Assembly (NCBI RefSeq): GCF_009914755.1
Contig: NC_060931.1
Strand: one strand, 5' to 3'
Source: the human T2T-CHM13v2.0 reference genome, Homo sapiens
Length of the DNA: 64,000 nucleotides
Shown here: positions 42,791-62,263 of the stretch, piece by piece
Layout of the letters: every line of letters begins with the position of its first letter
How positions within the stretch are numbered: position 1 is the first letter of the stretch
Translations under genes and position numbers: made by a program
Notes under the pieces: model-generated
The model's input: only the letters and a program-made list of their open reading frames with translations
Databases searched by the model: none
Told to the model about the DNA's origin: nothing

Positions 42791-45564
42791 ATATTTATCT
42801 TTCTGTGTCAGGCTTATTTAACTTAACATAATGACCTCCAGTTTCATCCATGTTGCTGCAGATGACATTATTTCATTCTTTTCTATGGCTGAATAGCATC
42901 CTACTGTGTAAATATATGACATTTTCTTTATGCATTAATTCATTGGTGGACACTTAAGTTGATTCCCTATCTTTGCTATTGTGAATAGTGCAGCAATAAA
43001 CACAGGGGAGTATGTATCCCTTTGATATGCTGATTTCCTTTCTTTTGGATAAATACCCAGTAATGGGATAGCTGGACTACAAGGTAGTTCTATTTTCAGT
43101 TTTTTGAGTAATCTTCATACCATTTTCCATAATGGCTGTACTACCTTACATTCCCACCAACAGTGTATGAGAGTTTTATTTTCTCTGCATTGTCACCAAC
43201 ATCTGTTATTTTTTGTATTTTTTATAGTCATTTTTACTGGGGTAAGATGATATTGTGGTTTTGATTAGCATTTCCCTGATAATTAGTGATTTTGAGCATT
43301 TTTATTATACCTGTTGGCCATTTGTAGGTCTTCCTTGGAGGAATGTCTATTTAGATCCTTGCCCAACTTTTAAATGGGGTTGTTTGTGTTTTTGCTGTTG
43401 AGTTGTTTCAGTTCCTTGTATATTCTGGATATTAGTCCTTGTCAGATAAATAATTTGCAAATATTTTCTTCCATTGAATAGGTTATCTCTTTGCTCTGTT
43501 GATTGTTTACTTTGCTGTGTGGAGCTTTGTAGTTTAATATAACTTCATTTGTTAAGTTTTGGTTTTGTTGCTTGTATTTTTGGGGTCTTAGCCATAAAAT
43601 CTTTGCTTAGGCAAAAGTCCTAGAGTATTCCCCGCTATGTTTTTTTCTAGTTGTTTTATAGTTTAGGGTCTTACGTTTAAGTCCTCAATCCATCTTCATT
43701 TGATTTTTGAATATGGTGAGAGATAGGGGTTTAATTTCATTCTTCTGCATATAAATATCCAGTTTTCTCAGCACCATTTATTGAAGAGGATGTCCTTTCC
43801 CCCAGTGCATGTTCCTGGCACATTTGTCTAAAATCAGCTGTCTATAAATATGTAAGTTTATTTCTGGGTTCTCTATTTTGTTCCGTTGGTCTGTGTTTTT
43901 CTTTTTATACCAATATCATGCTGATTTGGCTACTATGGCCTGATAATATATTTTAAAGTCAGGTAGTGTGGTGCCTCCAGCTTGGTTATTTTCATTCAGA
44001 ATTGCTTTGGCTATTTAGGCTCTTTTTTGGTTCCATACAAATTTTAGGATTTATTTTTTTCTATTTCTGTAAAGAATGTCATTGGCATTTTGATAGGAAT
44101 TGCTTTAGTAGTATGGTCATTTTACAATATTAATTCTTCCAATCCATGAGCATGGAATATCTTTACGTTTGTTTGTGACCTTTGCAATTTCTTTCACTGG
44201 TGTTTTGTAGTTTTCCTTGTAGAGATCTTTCACCTCCTTGGTTAAATTTATTCCTAGTTTTTTTGTTTTTGTTTTTGTTTTTGTTTTGTCATTGTACATG
44301 GGATTTCTTTATTATTTTTCAGCTAATTCATTATTGACATTATAAGGTATATAGAAATGCTACTGATTTTTGTATGTTGATTTTGTTTTCTGAAACTTTA
44401 CTGAATTTGTTTATTTGCTCTAGGAGTCTTTTGAAGGAATCTATAGGGTTTTCTAGATATAGAATTATGTTGTCAGTGAACAGAGATAATTTGGTTTCCT
44501 CTTTTTCTATTTGGATGCCTTTTATTTCTATCTCTTATTTGATTGCTCTGGCGAAGACTCCCAGTAGTATGTTGCATAGAAATGGTAAAAGTGGGCATCC
44601 TCGCTTGTTTTAGTTCTTAGGGGAAAGGGTTTTAGTTTTTCCCCATCAGTGTGTTAACTGTGGGTTTGTCATACATGGTCTTTATTATGTTGAGGTATGT
44701 TCCTTCTGTGCAGAGTTTGTTGAGTGTTGTTTATCATGAAGGGATGTTGAATTTTATCAAATGCTTTTTCTGCATCTATTAGGTGATCATGTAGTTTTTG
44801 TCTTTTGTTCTGCTGAGGTGATATATCACATTTACTGTTTACATATGTAGAACCATGCTTGCAATCCTGGGGTAAATTCCACTTGATTGTGGTATATTAT
44901 CTTTTTGAGGTGCTGCTAGATTTGGTTTGCTAATATTTTGTTGAGGATTTCTATGTCTACGTTCATTAGTTTATTGACCTGTCATTTTCTTTCTGTGTTG
45001 TGTTTTTGTTTGGCTTTGTTACCAAGGTAATACTGGTTTTACAGAATGAGTTAGGGCAAATTCCCACCTCTTCTCTTTTTTAGAATAGTTTGAGGAGAAT
45101 TGAAATTAGTTCTTCTTTATAAGTTTGGTAGAATTATGCAGTAAAGCCATTATGTTTTCAGCTTTTCTTTGTTGGGAGACTTTTAAATTTGTTTTCAATC
45201 TCATTACACTTTATTGATCTGTTCAGGTTTTCTATTTCTTCCTGATTTGATCTTAGTAGGTTGCATGTTTCCAGGGATTTATCCATTTTCTCTAGGTTTT
45301 GCAGTTTGTTAGTGTGTAGTTGTTCATAATAGTATCTGATGATCTTTTGTATTTCTGTGGTTATCAGTTGTAATGCCTCCTTTTTATTTCTAATTTTATT
45401 TGGGTCTTCTCTCTTTCTTCACTGGTCTAGCTAGTGGTCTGCCAATATTATTTATCTTTTCAAAAAACCCACTTTTTGTTTGCTGATTTTTTTGTATATT
45501 TTTAGTCCCATAGGTTTTAGTATGCTATGTTTCCATTTTCATTTGTTTCAAGAAATTTTTGGCT

Positions 45565-45959
<395 letters not shown>

Positions 45960-46394
45960 TAATTTCATGTATTTGTACAGTTTCCAGAAACCCTCTTGTT
46001 TTTTATTTCTAGTTTTATTTCATTGTGGTCAGAGAAGATACATGATATGATTTCAATGTTTAAACATTTGTTGAGGCTTGTTTTGTATTCTAACATATGG
46101 GCTATCTTTGAAAATATTCCATGTGCTGATGAATGTGTACTCTGTAGCTGTCAGATGAAAAGCTCTGTAAATGTCTGTTAGGTCCATTTGATCTAAAATA
46201 TGCAGTTTAAACCCAATATTCCTTTGTTGATATTCTGTGTAGATAATCTGTCAGTTGCTGACAATGGGGTATTGAAGTCCCCAACCATTATTATATTGGA
46301 GCCTATTCCTCACTTTAGAGCTAATAATATCTGTTTTACATTTCCAGGTGCTCTTGTGTTGGGTGCATATATATTTAGACTTATTACATCCTCT

Positions 46395-46690
<296 letters not shown>

Positions 46691-48025
46691 GATTTTTATA
46701 TCCTCTTAATGAATTGATATCTTTATCATTATATAATTACCTTTTGTCTCTTTTTGCTGTTTTTCACTTAAAGTCTGTTTTATATGCTATAAATATAGCA
46801 CATTCTGCTTATTTTTGGTTTCTGTTTGTGGAATATTTTTTCCATCCCTTTGCTTTTAGTCTATATATGTCTTCACACGTGAAATAAGTTTCTTGTAGAT
46901 AAGACATAGTTAAGTCATGTTCTCTTACCCATTCATCCAGTCTATATCTTTTAGGTGGAAATTTTAATTTGTTTACATTCAAGGTAACTGTTGATATGTG
47001 AGGACTTATTCCTGTCATTCTGTTAATTGTTCTCTGGTTGTTTTGTATATCCTTTGTTATTTTCTTCCTCTCTTATTTTTTATCTTTATGGTTTGGTGAT
47101 TTTATGTAGTTGTAACATTTGAGTCCTTTCTCTTTCTCGTGTGTGTTTTCTCTATTCATTAGTTTTATACTTTCATGTGTTTTCATGATAGTAGATATGG
47201 TCCTTTTGCTTCCAAGCACAGAACTCCTTTATGCATTTCTTGTAGGTCTGGTCTAGTAGAGATGAATTGCCTCAGCTTTTCCTTGTCTGGGAAAGTCTTT
47301 ATCTTTTTCTTCATTTATGAAGGATAATTTAGCTGGGTATAGTATTCTTGAGTAGCCATTTTTTTCACTTAGCACTTTGAATATATCATTCCGCTCTCTT
47401 TTGGCCTGTCATGTTTCTGCTGAGAAGTCAATTTTTAGTCTGGTGAGGATTCTCTTATATGTGACTAGGTACTGTTCTCTTGCTGTTTTAAAATTCTTTC
47501 TTTGTCTTTGACTTTTAACAGTTTGGCTACAATATGACAGGAAAAAGCCTTTTTTTGGATTGTATCTGTTTGGGGATCTTTGAGCTTCCTGTATTTGGAT
47601 GTCTAAATCTCTTGCTAGAACTGGGAAATTTTCAGCTAATATTTTGTTAAATAGGCATTTCTATGGCATTAACTTCTCCTTGCCTTCTGGGACACAAAAC
47701 ATTTGGATATTTTGTCACTTATGATGTCCCATATATCAGATAGCCTTTCCTCATTCTCTTGTATTCTTTTTTTTTTTTGTCTGATTGGATTATTTCAAAA
47801 GACCTCTCTTCAAGTTTTTCAAGTTTCTTCTGCTTGATCTAGTCTATCATTGAAGCTCTTGATTATATTTTTAAATTTTATTTATTGAATTCTTCAGTTC
47901 CAGGATTTGTTTAGTTCTTTTTTATAGTGTCTATCTCTTTGGTGAATTTCCCATTCATATAGTGAATTATTTTTCTGATTTGATTTCTTTGTATTGTTCA
48001 TCTCCATTCTTTTGTATCTCACTGA

Positions 48026-48469
<444 letters not shown>

Positions 48470-48786
48470 CTCCTATTTCCTTTCATTGACATTTGCACAT
48501 CAGGTGTAACAGTCTCTTCTTCTATTTTTGGATTGGCTTTTGCATGGGGAAGACTTTTTCCTGTAGGTGAATCTATGGTGTTGGTTGGGTAGGGCACTTT
48601 TGCTTTGATTCTGGGTGTGTGCAGTAGTGCAGGCTCATAGGAGTTCCTCGGCTATAAACTCAGTCAGTGGTGTTTGTGATTTTCTCAGTAGCTTGGGCTC
48701 TGGTTGTTAATGGAAGCTGTGGTGAGGTTTTTCTGGGGACAGGACAACCCTCAGGCTTCCAGGTGGCACTTGCTGGCCGGTCTTGC

Positions 48787-48787
48787 T

Positions 48788-48847
<60 letters not shown>

Positions 48848-49007
48848 TCCTTCCTTCCTTCTTTTCTTTTTTCTTTCTTTCTTTCCTTCTTTCTTTCTTT
48901 CTCTTTCTTTATCTTTCTTTCTCTTCCTCTTTCTCTCTTTCCTTCCTTCCCTTTCTTCCTTCCTTCCTTTCTTTTTCTTTCTTTCTTATTTCTTTTTTTT
49001 TTTTTTT
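48787..49007. repeat. Compound (TTTC)n/(TTCC)n polypyrimidine microsatellite
   Basis: ~220 nt almost purely C/T, ending in a T run. Confidence 0.95.
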
Positions 49008-50644
49008 GTCTGTGATGGTCTAAGCAGGCCATTCCCTAGGTCCCCAGGTGGCACATGCAGTTGTGTGCTGGTGGTGGTGGTGATGGAAGGCTGGGCAGGC
49101 CCATCTTCAGGACCCCACGAGGAGTTCCCAGATGCCAGTAGTTATGAATGAGGCAGGGAGATGCCCAGGCCTCCAGAGAGCATGCTTGGTTGCTGGTTGC
49201 TGGTTTTCTAGGCCTGTTGTTAGGCCCTTTGCTTGTGTGCATGTGTTCCCAGGGCAACTGTTGGGGTGGTGTGGCCCCAGGCTCCCAGGTGGTGTGTTTG
49301 GGGCACTGAGGGGCCAAGCCTGGTAAGATGGGTCTGTTTTTAGGTGTCCTGTTGGCCCACTTAAGTGTTGGCTTTAGTGGGTGGGGCAGGGCAGGCCCCC
49401 AGGCCTCTGGAAGGTATGATAGGGTGCCAGCAGTGGCAGGTGTTCTGAGGCTATTATTAGGCCCCCTGCTGGTTTGCATCCTCACCTGGGTGACTGATAG
49501 GATGGGCTAACCCCTGGGTCCCCAGGTGGAAGGTTTGGGAACGGGGGGGTGTGGTTCCAGTCTGGGTGGGCCTATCCTTAAGCTCCCCATTGTTGCGTAT
49601 GGCCACAGGCTGTGGTGAGCATTGTGGGTCGATCCCCAATTCTTGGGCAGTGTGCTCAGGCAGGGATAGTAGCAGTGGCAGTGGGCAGTAAAAACCCATC
49701 CTGAAGGCATATGCAAGTGTGCAGTAGCCCTGCTGGGGATGGGGGTGCTATTTGTGGTAGCCATCCCAGGAAGGTGGGGTTCAGACTCTGGACAGTATGT
49801 ACTTTGGCTCCCAGTAACAGCAGTGGCTGAAGCAGCTGGCAAGGATAGCCCGGACTCCAGGCATAAGCAAGTGCATGGCAGCCCTGCTGCTGGGGAGAGC
49901 ATTAGGGTTGCTGTTTGTGACCACAGCTTAAGGTAGATGGATTTCAGACTCTGGGGCGTAAGCACTTTGGCTCCCTCCTCCCTGGTGTGCTGCACCTCTC
50001 TCTCCCCAGTGTATAGGACACTGTACGGGCTAGATTGCTGGGGATCCTGCTGTTCTACTGGTTCCAACTGGCATCTCACCTCTGTAGCCCTTCTGGTGGA
50101 TGTGGGGAAATGTCACTGGGACTCCAGGGAGGTGGAGATGCAGGAGCTGTGGGGCACTGGGACAGGATGTAGCTTGGTGGAAGTTGGGCTCTCAAAATGG
50201 TGTCATGCTGCAGCTGCCTGGGAGTTAGGAGACGGGGTGGTGTGAGACCCACTATGAGCTCCCTCTCTGGAGCAAAACTCTCTCATGGACTCTAGGGAGC
50301 TCCTCATGCCAGTCTCAGGGCCTGCAGGGCTTGAGGAACTCTCCCATGGCTAGTATTACAGGAATCTGTGGTAAGGATGTGGACCACTGGGGATCTTGCA
50401 CTTCCCCTTTCCTTGCACTGAGGAGCCTCTCTGAGCTCCCAGCTGATCCTGGCTGGGCTGTCGGTTTCACCTCTGGCTCCTTCAGTGCCTCAGGTGTTTC
50501 TTGTCACTTTGTTAAATTCTAGCTTTCTCTCTTAGATGTTCTGTTCCAAGTGTGAGTATCTACTCACCATTTTGGTTCTTTGTGGAGGAGCTGAGTGTCT
50601 TGTGCCTCTAGTCAGTCATCTCAAAACGTCACTGCTCAGACTTC

Positions 50645-50784
50645 TTTTTTTTTTTTCTTAAATAGAGACAGGATCTTGCTATGTTGCCCAGGCAAGTTGG
50701 TCTTGAACTCCTGGGTTCAAGCAATCCTCCCACCTCAGCCTCCCGCAGTGCTGGGATAACAGGCATGAGCCACCACACCTGGCC
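50645..50784 (-). mobile_element. Alu left monomer (FLAM-like)
   Basis: tagagacagg...cacacctggcc. Confidence 0.88.
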
Positions 50785-52595
50785 CAAACTTCTCGAGAGT
50801 AGTAGTGTTTGACTTTTGTCTTCTGTGGTGTAATTATTCTCTAATAGCTTGGGATTGAACTCTGACATGATAAACAGTGAGTGTATGCTACTGAGAGACC
50901 AAAAAGATTGGAATAGTTCACAAAGGGATATAGGAGACTCTATTTCCCAGGAGGTCCTGAACAAAGATTTACCCACTTAGAGTAAGTATAGGCAGGGATA
51001 CCCTTGAAGCTAGAACACTAAGAGGTGGCACTTATATGACTCTATTCTTGAGAAAATTTATTTTTTCCCCCTCGTGGTTGGTTATAACATCGAAATAGTT
51101 AAATGAAACTTGCTCTGAGTTGTTATTTGTCTGCCACCCTCCCCTTTAGAGAAACTGATTTCTGAATAATTTCTCTTGTACATGCATTTTAAAGGTGTGT
51201 AATTAACTGGTAACAGGTTGTTAGGTAGCTGATGAGGTGTGAAGTAGCCACTAATTTGTTTTCTTTATTTACAACTTTCCCTGCTCTTGAAGATGACAGC
51301 ATGATGTTTTTCATTCCCTGCTTACTTCACCAGATTGAAAAGTGATTTGTGAAGCCATTTTTAATCCCTCAAATTCCATTAAAAAGGAATCTCCAAGGGA
51401 GTCTTAATCAAGACATAATAGACACTAAAATGTGATCACACAACAGCACTTCTAATATGGCCCTATTTCAACTATAATGTTAAGCGTTTGCCTCCAGTTT
51501 ACTGAACTCAGCCCTAACACTGACCTACAACTTCTGAAATGAAATAACCTCTATGCAGTTGGCAATTACTTTATTGTAAATGTTTGCAGCTAACATACTT
51601 TATTGCTTTAGAATTTAACATATACCCCAAAGGGATAATTCGTTACCAAATTATTATAGTATTATCAGTAAAATAGTTTGCTTTCCCCTTCAAATTGCCT
51701 TTTCCCCTACTTAATAATATATATAATTTAAATCAGTTTAAGAAATTAAAATGGAAACATAATGAAATGAGAATCATTAAAAACACCACACTAGAATACT
51801 GAAAATGAAGCTGAAACAGAAATGGCTAAATGTAAAATTTGTATGTAACCAAAAGGGGTAATTTGAAACCAGGGAGCATATTGAGTTATTGGATGAGTTT
51901 GATGAAAATAAAAACTCTGTCCTTGAAGTTTTAAAAATATTACCAAAAGTAAGCTACAGAATATGTAAAGAATATATCATGGAGAACTCCCCTTCACCCT
52001 TGAATAGACAGTTAACCAACATGCAACAAAGCACAGATGTTAGATACGTGGCAACATTTTCCTTTCTACCTGTCAGAGCCTACATTAATACTTCCATCGA
52101 GAACATTGTGGCCTCCAGGATACTATTTTCAAATGTAGATATGTCTCAGAGCATCAATGCTACAAGTTGCTATGGTGATCACTTTTGTATGATAATAACC
52201 AATGCTCACTGAGTTTTTGATTTATGGCAGGCACTGTTTTAAGTGCTTTATAGTATTAACTCCTTTAATCTTCACAACAATCCTATAAATCTCATTAGGA
52301 CTCTAAGAATCCTATTAGGATTCTTATTTTATAGACAAGGGAACTGAGGCCCAATTTTACAGTTAAAAGTAATTTGGCTAAGGTTACATAGTGTTGGAGA
52401 AATTAAAAACAAAATCTCTTCCCAATCTCTCAGCAAAGAAAGAAGAGAAAGGTAACAGTTTTATTATTGAATAAGCACTAAACCAGAATGTGATGCCCAT
52501 CACAGGCAATATGCTAAGAGATTGCAAAGACAGAAAGAAATCTCAGCCTTTTCCATAGCCAAGCAGATACCAGATACAACCCATTACATACATGT

Positions 52596-52932
<337 letters not shown>

Positions 52933-53334
52933 TAATTATAGTAAGAGGTCTGTCAGCACTATTTGTCACACATAGTTATCCTCATTTTACTTGATATTTT
53001 GTGGTGTTAGCTAATTGGCTTTATCCAGAAGAAAAAACAAGCATCTCATCTCTTTATAATAGGAGGTAGTTTTGCAGCTTGGAGCAAGGTATCTACCAAA
53101 GTTAGGCTCCTACCTTCCCACAGAAGACAGGGGTACTATCTCCTCTGATGTTTACATTTCAAAGAGATGGCTCCTAGGTCTTAAAAGTGACAAAAGGCCT
53201 ATCATTTTCAAATGGAATTTTATACATTTCAAAGAGAGGAGGAAGTCCTTACAATTAGAAGGGTTTTTGTTTTGTTTTGTTTTGATAAATGCTTTAAGAA
53301 GAAGGAGAGGATGAAAAGTCTCTTCCTTTATTTT

Positions 53335-53682
53335 CATTTTTTTCTTTCTTTTCTCTCTCTGTGTGTGTTTGTGTGTGTGTGTGTGTGTTTTGTTTTTTTG
53401 AGACAGGGTCATACTCTGTCACCCAGGCTGAAGTACAGTGGCACAATCATGGCTCACAGCAGCCTCGAACCCCTCAGATTCAAGTGATTCTCCCACCTCA
53501 GGCTCCCGAGTAGCTGGGACTACAGGTGCATGCCTCCACACCCAGCTAATTTTTGTATTTTTCATAGAGACAGGGTCTCACTATGTTGCCCAGGCTGATC
53601 TTGAACTCCTGGCTTCAAGCAATCTGCCTGCCTCAGCCTCCCAAAGTGTTGGGATTACAGGCGTGAGCCCCTGCATCTGGCC
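53335..53682 (-). mobile_element. Alu (AluJ-type) with (TG)n in the tail
   Basis: Antisense dimer. Confidence 0.92.
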
Positions 53683-53757
53683 TTATTTTTAATTTGCATT
53701 TGTCCTTACAACAGATAATAAGTAGTGGAGTTAGGATTTAAGATAGTCTAGCTTTAA

Positions 53758-54048
<291 letters not shown>

Positions 54049-54139
54049 TAAAGCCTTTTTAAGAATCCTATACTATGCCATCTTTGTAAGCTTCCTACTT
54101 GGAAGCCATTGAACAGAGGCAATATACTGAGGAAATTAA

Positions 54140-54460
54140 TATATTCACTCAACACTTACTTAATGAGCACCTACTATGTACCAGGCACTTTGCTAGTTAT
54201 TAAGGATATAATTATGAATAAAACAGACAACAGTTTTGCCCTCATGGAACTTAGGGTCTAGGTGGAGAGACTCATATTAAACAAATAGTTCTTCAAGGTT
54301 ATCAAACAAAATTATGAAAACTGAGAAGAATGAAAAGTATAAAGAGTTTTGAGAGCATATTAAAGAGAGAATGTCAACTAGTCCAGGTGGTCTTGAGGGC
54401 TATTTAAGTTCAAAATAGGAGTTTTGATGAAGAAGAAAGGAAGATAACAAAAGGATAATT
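54140..54460 (-). mobile_element. L2 3' end
   Basis: attcactcaac...tgagcacctactatgtaccaggcact. Confidence 0.85.
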
Positions 54461-54465
54461 TGAGG

Positions 54466-55122
54466 TATAAAGGAAAACAAAAAAAATCTCAGGACCCCTA
54501 AACTTCTTATTGCAAAAGAGGTTAAGCTGCGAGGCTGAGTTAGGCAACACCCTCTTCCAAATGAACAGCTGTTACTAACATGCATCAGCCAGATCCCCAT
54601 GGAAAGATAAAAGGCCTCAAGCATCTATGAAGGGCTGCCCCCACACATCATTCATAAGTTCTTTGCCGGTCTCCTATAAACAAGGACATGCCAATTTAAC
54701 TTAAGGTCTTCCTAAAATTAAAGTCTGTTCAGTTCCACACTGATAGTGTAGTACAAGTTTATCTTCCCAGGTGCAGAACAAAGACAAGACTCATTTCTCC
54801 ACCTAGCCAGTGATGCCTGCATAACTGAATCTTCCTTTACTCCCTTTTTCTCTTCAAACCTTCACCTTATCTTATGTAAAATGTAGATTGACCAGGCACT
54901 AACCAAAGTCCCCCGGGAATGTAACCATTCGCCCGACCTCCTACCTGCCCCTCTTCCTACACTCCTTCCCAACTTTAAGAAAATGTATAAATACGAAAAC
55001 TCTTGAGAGTCTCTTTGGAAAAAACAGCCACAGATGTGTCTGTGGCTTGTGTTTTTCCCAGACGTGCTTAAAGCTGGCTTAATAAACCTTGATGATTGAG
55101 ATTTGTGCCTCATTTTGGTTGT
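54466..55122 (+). mobile_element. MER4-family LTR
   Basis: aaaggaaaa...aatctcaggacccc, tcttcccaggtgcagaacaaagacaagac, aataaacc. Confidence 0.75.
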
Positions 55123-55160
55123 CCCAGCTTTGGGGTATTAGATTGGGAGGAATAGGATTA

Positions 55161-55583
<423 letters not shown>

Positions 55584-55782
55584 TCATGGCTGATGCCCCA
55601 GTTTGGGTGCTCAGAAACAGATGCCCCAAAATATGAGACTCCCCCATCTCAAAAAAACAAAGTTGGGCACTGTTGATTAATATTTTAAATGCTTACTCAT
55701 TATTTTTCTAGTTTATTCCTTTAATATTTTATTTCATTTTTTATTTACACAAGTAGTTCATAGATATACAATTTACACAAGG

Positions 55783-56140
55783 TGCTACAGATTGAATGTT
55801 TGTGCCCCCCTCCATTCATATGTTGAAATCCTAGCCCACAAGGTGATGGCATTAGGAGGTGGGGCATTTGGGAGGTGAATAGGTCATGAGGGTGGAGCCC
55901 TCATGAATAAGATTAGTGTCCCTATAAAAGAGGCCAGGAGAAATCCTTCACCCCTTCCATCATGTGAGGACACAGTGAGAAGACATCCATCTTTGAAACA
56001 GGAAGAATGCATTTCACAGACATTGAATCTACTGATAATGTTGATCTTGGATTACCCAGCCTTCAGAACTGTGAAGAATAAATTTCTGTTATTTATAAGA
56101 CTCAGTGCCCTTATAAAAAGTCCCCACAGGGACAAAGACA
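55783..56140 (+). mobile_element. MLT1A-like LTR
   Basis: tgaatgtttgtgcccc...ttcatatgttgaaatcc...aataaatttctgtt. Confidence 0.85.
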
Positions 56141-56149
56141 ATAGTGTTC

Positions 56150-56277
56150 TTTATTTATTTAGTAGAGACAGGGTCTCACTATGTTGCCTAGGCTGGTCTT
56201 GAACTCCTGGCTTCAAGAGATCCTCCTGCCTTGGCCTCCCAAAATGCTAAGATTACAGGCACGAGCCACACCTTGCC
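56150..56277 (-). mobile_element. Alu left monomer (FLAM-like)
   Basis: agtagagacagggtctcactatgttgcc. Confidence 0.88.
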
Positions 56278-57170
56278 AACAGTGATATATTTTATCTTAC
56301 TTTTTTCCCCACTCTATTCAGGAACTTCTCTGTGATTCCAGATGTTCAAAGTATTTCATCACAGCTTTATTTGTCTTAAATCCAGATGTCTTTCGTTAAA
56401 TGAAAAAATGAGCAACCACCAACAAGCTGAGATTATCTTCTTCCAATGAGCAATGAGTCAGAACTGGGCTGGACTTTCAGTGATCCTTTTAATTTTATTT
56501 TGTTTAAATGCTATTGGGAGTAAACCCATGAATGCACTGTGACCCCAGAAAGGCATGAAGGGCAGGAGAGGAAGAATTAGCTATGAGCAAATGGGGAAGG
56601 CAGGCAGTGAGCTGCTTTGCATTAAAATTCTAAAAGTTGGTTGTGGCAGGGGACAAGTGCCCGGAGAGAAAGAGAATGTAAGGGAAGTGAGCCAAATAAT
56701 AATTTCTCTCAAACCTAGCAAAAATTTGACTGAGATTTATGAGAGTTTAAAGCCCTCCCTCTATGCTTACTCCATGTCTCTTTATATAATTTTTTTTTCT
56801 TTTTGGTTTATGTCCCCCTTCCCCCTTGGATTTAAGCTAAATTTAGACTTTCTTTAGGATTAAAACAAGCTTAATAAAAGTTCTTGGAGCAGGATTTTTG
56901 GAGTGAGAGTTTAAAGGATTAATTCACCTGTCACGTGACTGCTATATAGAGGAGGATCACAGAAATGTAATCACGAGTTTGCATTTATTATTGTCAAACC
57001 AGGAAGACCCCTTGCCTGAACCGTTATATAATACTTTCTAAACTATAATTTTCAAAAAGGGACATTTATGACTCTTGCCAAATATAAAATATAGACATGT
57101 CACACATTTCCTTTTTTTTCCTTTAACTCATTAATTAATCAGAGAACTATTAAGATACTGAAAACAGTTC

Positions 57171-57495
57171 AGACCAGGTGCAATGACTTACGCCTGTAAT
57201 CCCAACACTTTGGGAGGCCGAGGTGGGCAGATCACTTGAGGTCAGGAGTTTGAGACCAGCCTGACCAACATGGTAAAACCCTGTATCCCATCTCTATTAA
57301 AAATACAAAAATTAGCTGAGCAGGGTGGCACTTGCCTGTAGTCCCAGCTACTTAGGAGGCTGAGGCAGGAGAAGCACTTGAGCCTGGGAGGCGGAAGTTG
57401 CAGTGAGCCAAGATCACACCACTGTACTACAACCAGGGCAACAGAGTGAGACTCTGTCTAAAAAAACAAAAAACAAACAAACAAAAAAACCCAAA
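57171..57495 (+). mobile_element. Alu (AluSx-type)
   Basis: Dimer with A-rich tail. Confidence 0.94.
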
Positions 57496-57682
57496 AAATT
57501 CAAATAAAAATTTGAATAACAGGTATGTGTGTATGTAGGATACCAAAAATGCTGAAATGAACTTGTTAATAGGTGCATACTGGTTAATATTTTATAGGTC
57601 TTAAAATGTCATGTTTGGGGATTATCTCTTCTAAAAGTTAGAAATCAATTGCAACTCTACCAGACAAAAATTTTTATTTGCA

Positions 57683-58248
<566 letters not shown>

Positions 58249-58614
58249 CATGTGTATTTGCATTTTTATGGAAAAAATATTTTGTATTACTACAGAAAAG
58301 AAACATTTGGGTTGTCACCAGGTTTTTTCAACTTAACTATTTTCCCTATAGGTTGTGAAACAGTCTAGTCGATCAAAGATTATTTAAGATACAATATTTT
58401 TTGTGTGTAAAGGAAACCAAAAACATTTTACCCCAAAATATACTTCTTTGACATATTTCAAGATGGTTATTCAGAGGCCCTGCAGACAGGAATAGTCTAG
58501 CATAAACTAAACTAAAATCCTAAACCTCCCCAAATGACTGAGTGGGCCACCTCTTGGCCAAGGGGACCCAGAGAAGCCTGAAAAACTGAACTCCTGGTCA
58601 TGATGGGATGAGAG

Positions 58615-59652
<1,038 letters not shown>

Positions 59653-60219
59653 CAAAATGGACTTTAAGTTAATAGTATCTTAACTTAAAATATTCCTTTC
59701 TGTTGACTCCAAATTTTTAGACAAAACTTTACTTCTTTAACCAATTGCAAATTGGAGACTCTCTGAACACACCTATGACCTATAAACCCTCGTGTCAAGA
59801 TAATGCCACCTTTTTGGGCCAAATCAGTGTCTAACCATTTATGGATTGATGACTTTGCCTGTGACTTCTCCTTCCCTAAAATGTATAAACAGAGTTGTAA
59901 CCTCACTTTGAGTGAGGACTGCTCACTCAAAGCTTCTTGGGTTTGTGTTTTTTCCCAGGCCATGGTCATTCCTATTGGCCCAGAATAAACCTCTTTAAAA
60001 TATTTTACAGACTTTGGTTTTTCTGTTAACACCTGAAAAGCTGCCTTTTGTAAAGGAGATTTGCATCTGTGGAGAAAATTGACATTGGTGAAATAGCCAG
60101 GCTTTCTCCGAGGCTCCCCTCCCTTTTCAGGATCTAGGACAGATGAACCAAACCACAGGCTATCAACTATTCTTTCTGAAAGCAGCTCCAAAATTACCTG
60201 AGATATTTCACCTGCATAA

Positions 60220-61787
<1,568 letters not shown>

Positions 61788-61820
61788 TTTCTCTCCTGAA
61801 TCTGTATCTTGTGACAGAGG

Positions 61821-62160
61821 TGTAGGGACCAAGGGACAACTTCCCCTTTGGTCTCTGAAGGTACAGTGAAAAATTAACTGACAAAAACCAGATTAACAGG
61901 AGAAAAGACATACACATTTATAAATATGCATGGAGGGAACAATCATAGCATGATTACCCCATCACACAATGAGGTACGGATGGTTATACAGTTTTTCTTA
62001 GGGGAAGGGAGATGGATAATTTTAGGGGAATAGCAAATAATTTTTAGGGGAATTCAATGAACTTGAAGAACATACAATGGTCTGAGACGAAGTTTGTTGG
62101 GTTTGCAGAGCAGACAATGGCTTGTGACTAAAGTCTATCCAATTGTGTTGACAGGCTTTG
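61821..62160 (-). mobile_element. ERV1 LTR fragment (MER39 group)
   Basis: tgtagggaccaaggg...cagattaacaggagaaaag. Confidence 0.6.
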
Positions 62161-62174
62161 GTGTTTCAGCTAAC

Positions 62175-62263
62175 GTTGCCCAGGCTGGTCTCAAACTCCT
62201 GGCCTCAAATAATCCTCTTTGGCTTCCCAAGGTACTGGAATTATAGGCACCAATGCACCTGGC
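62175..62263 (-). mobile_element. Alu monomer fragment
   Basis: gttgcccaggctggtctcaaactcctggcctc. Confidence 0.8.

Noticed and set aside
46809-47018. ORF resembling the L1 ORF2p endonuclease start
   Set aside because: Real homology, but it stops after 69 aa. Recorded as part of the dead L1.
48667-49151. Phe/Leu/Ser-rich and Lys/Glu/Arg-rich ORFs
   Set aside because: Translations of the (TTTC)n microsatellite.
49036-50245. ORFs of 100-190 aa
   Set aside because: They lie in the GC-richer L1 5' UTR relic and show no recognisable domain.
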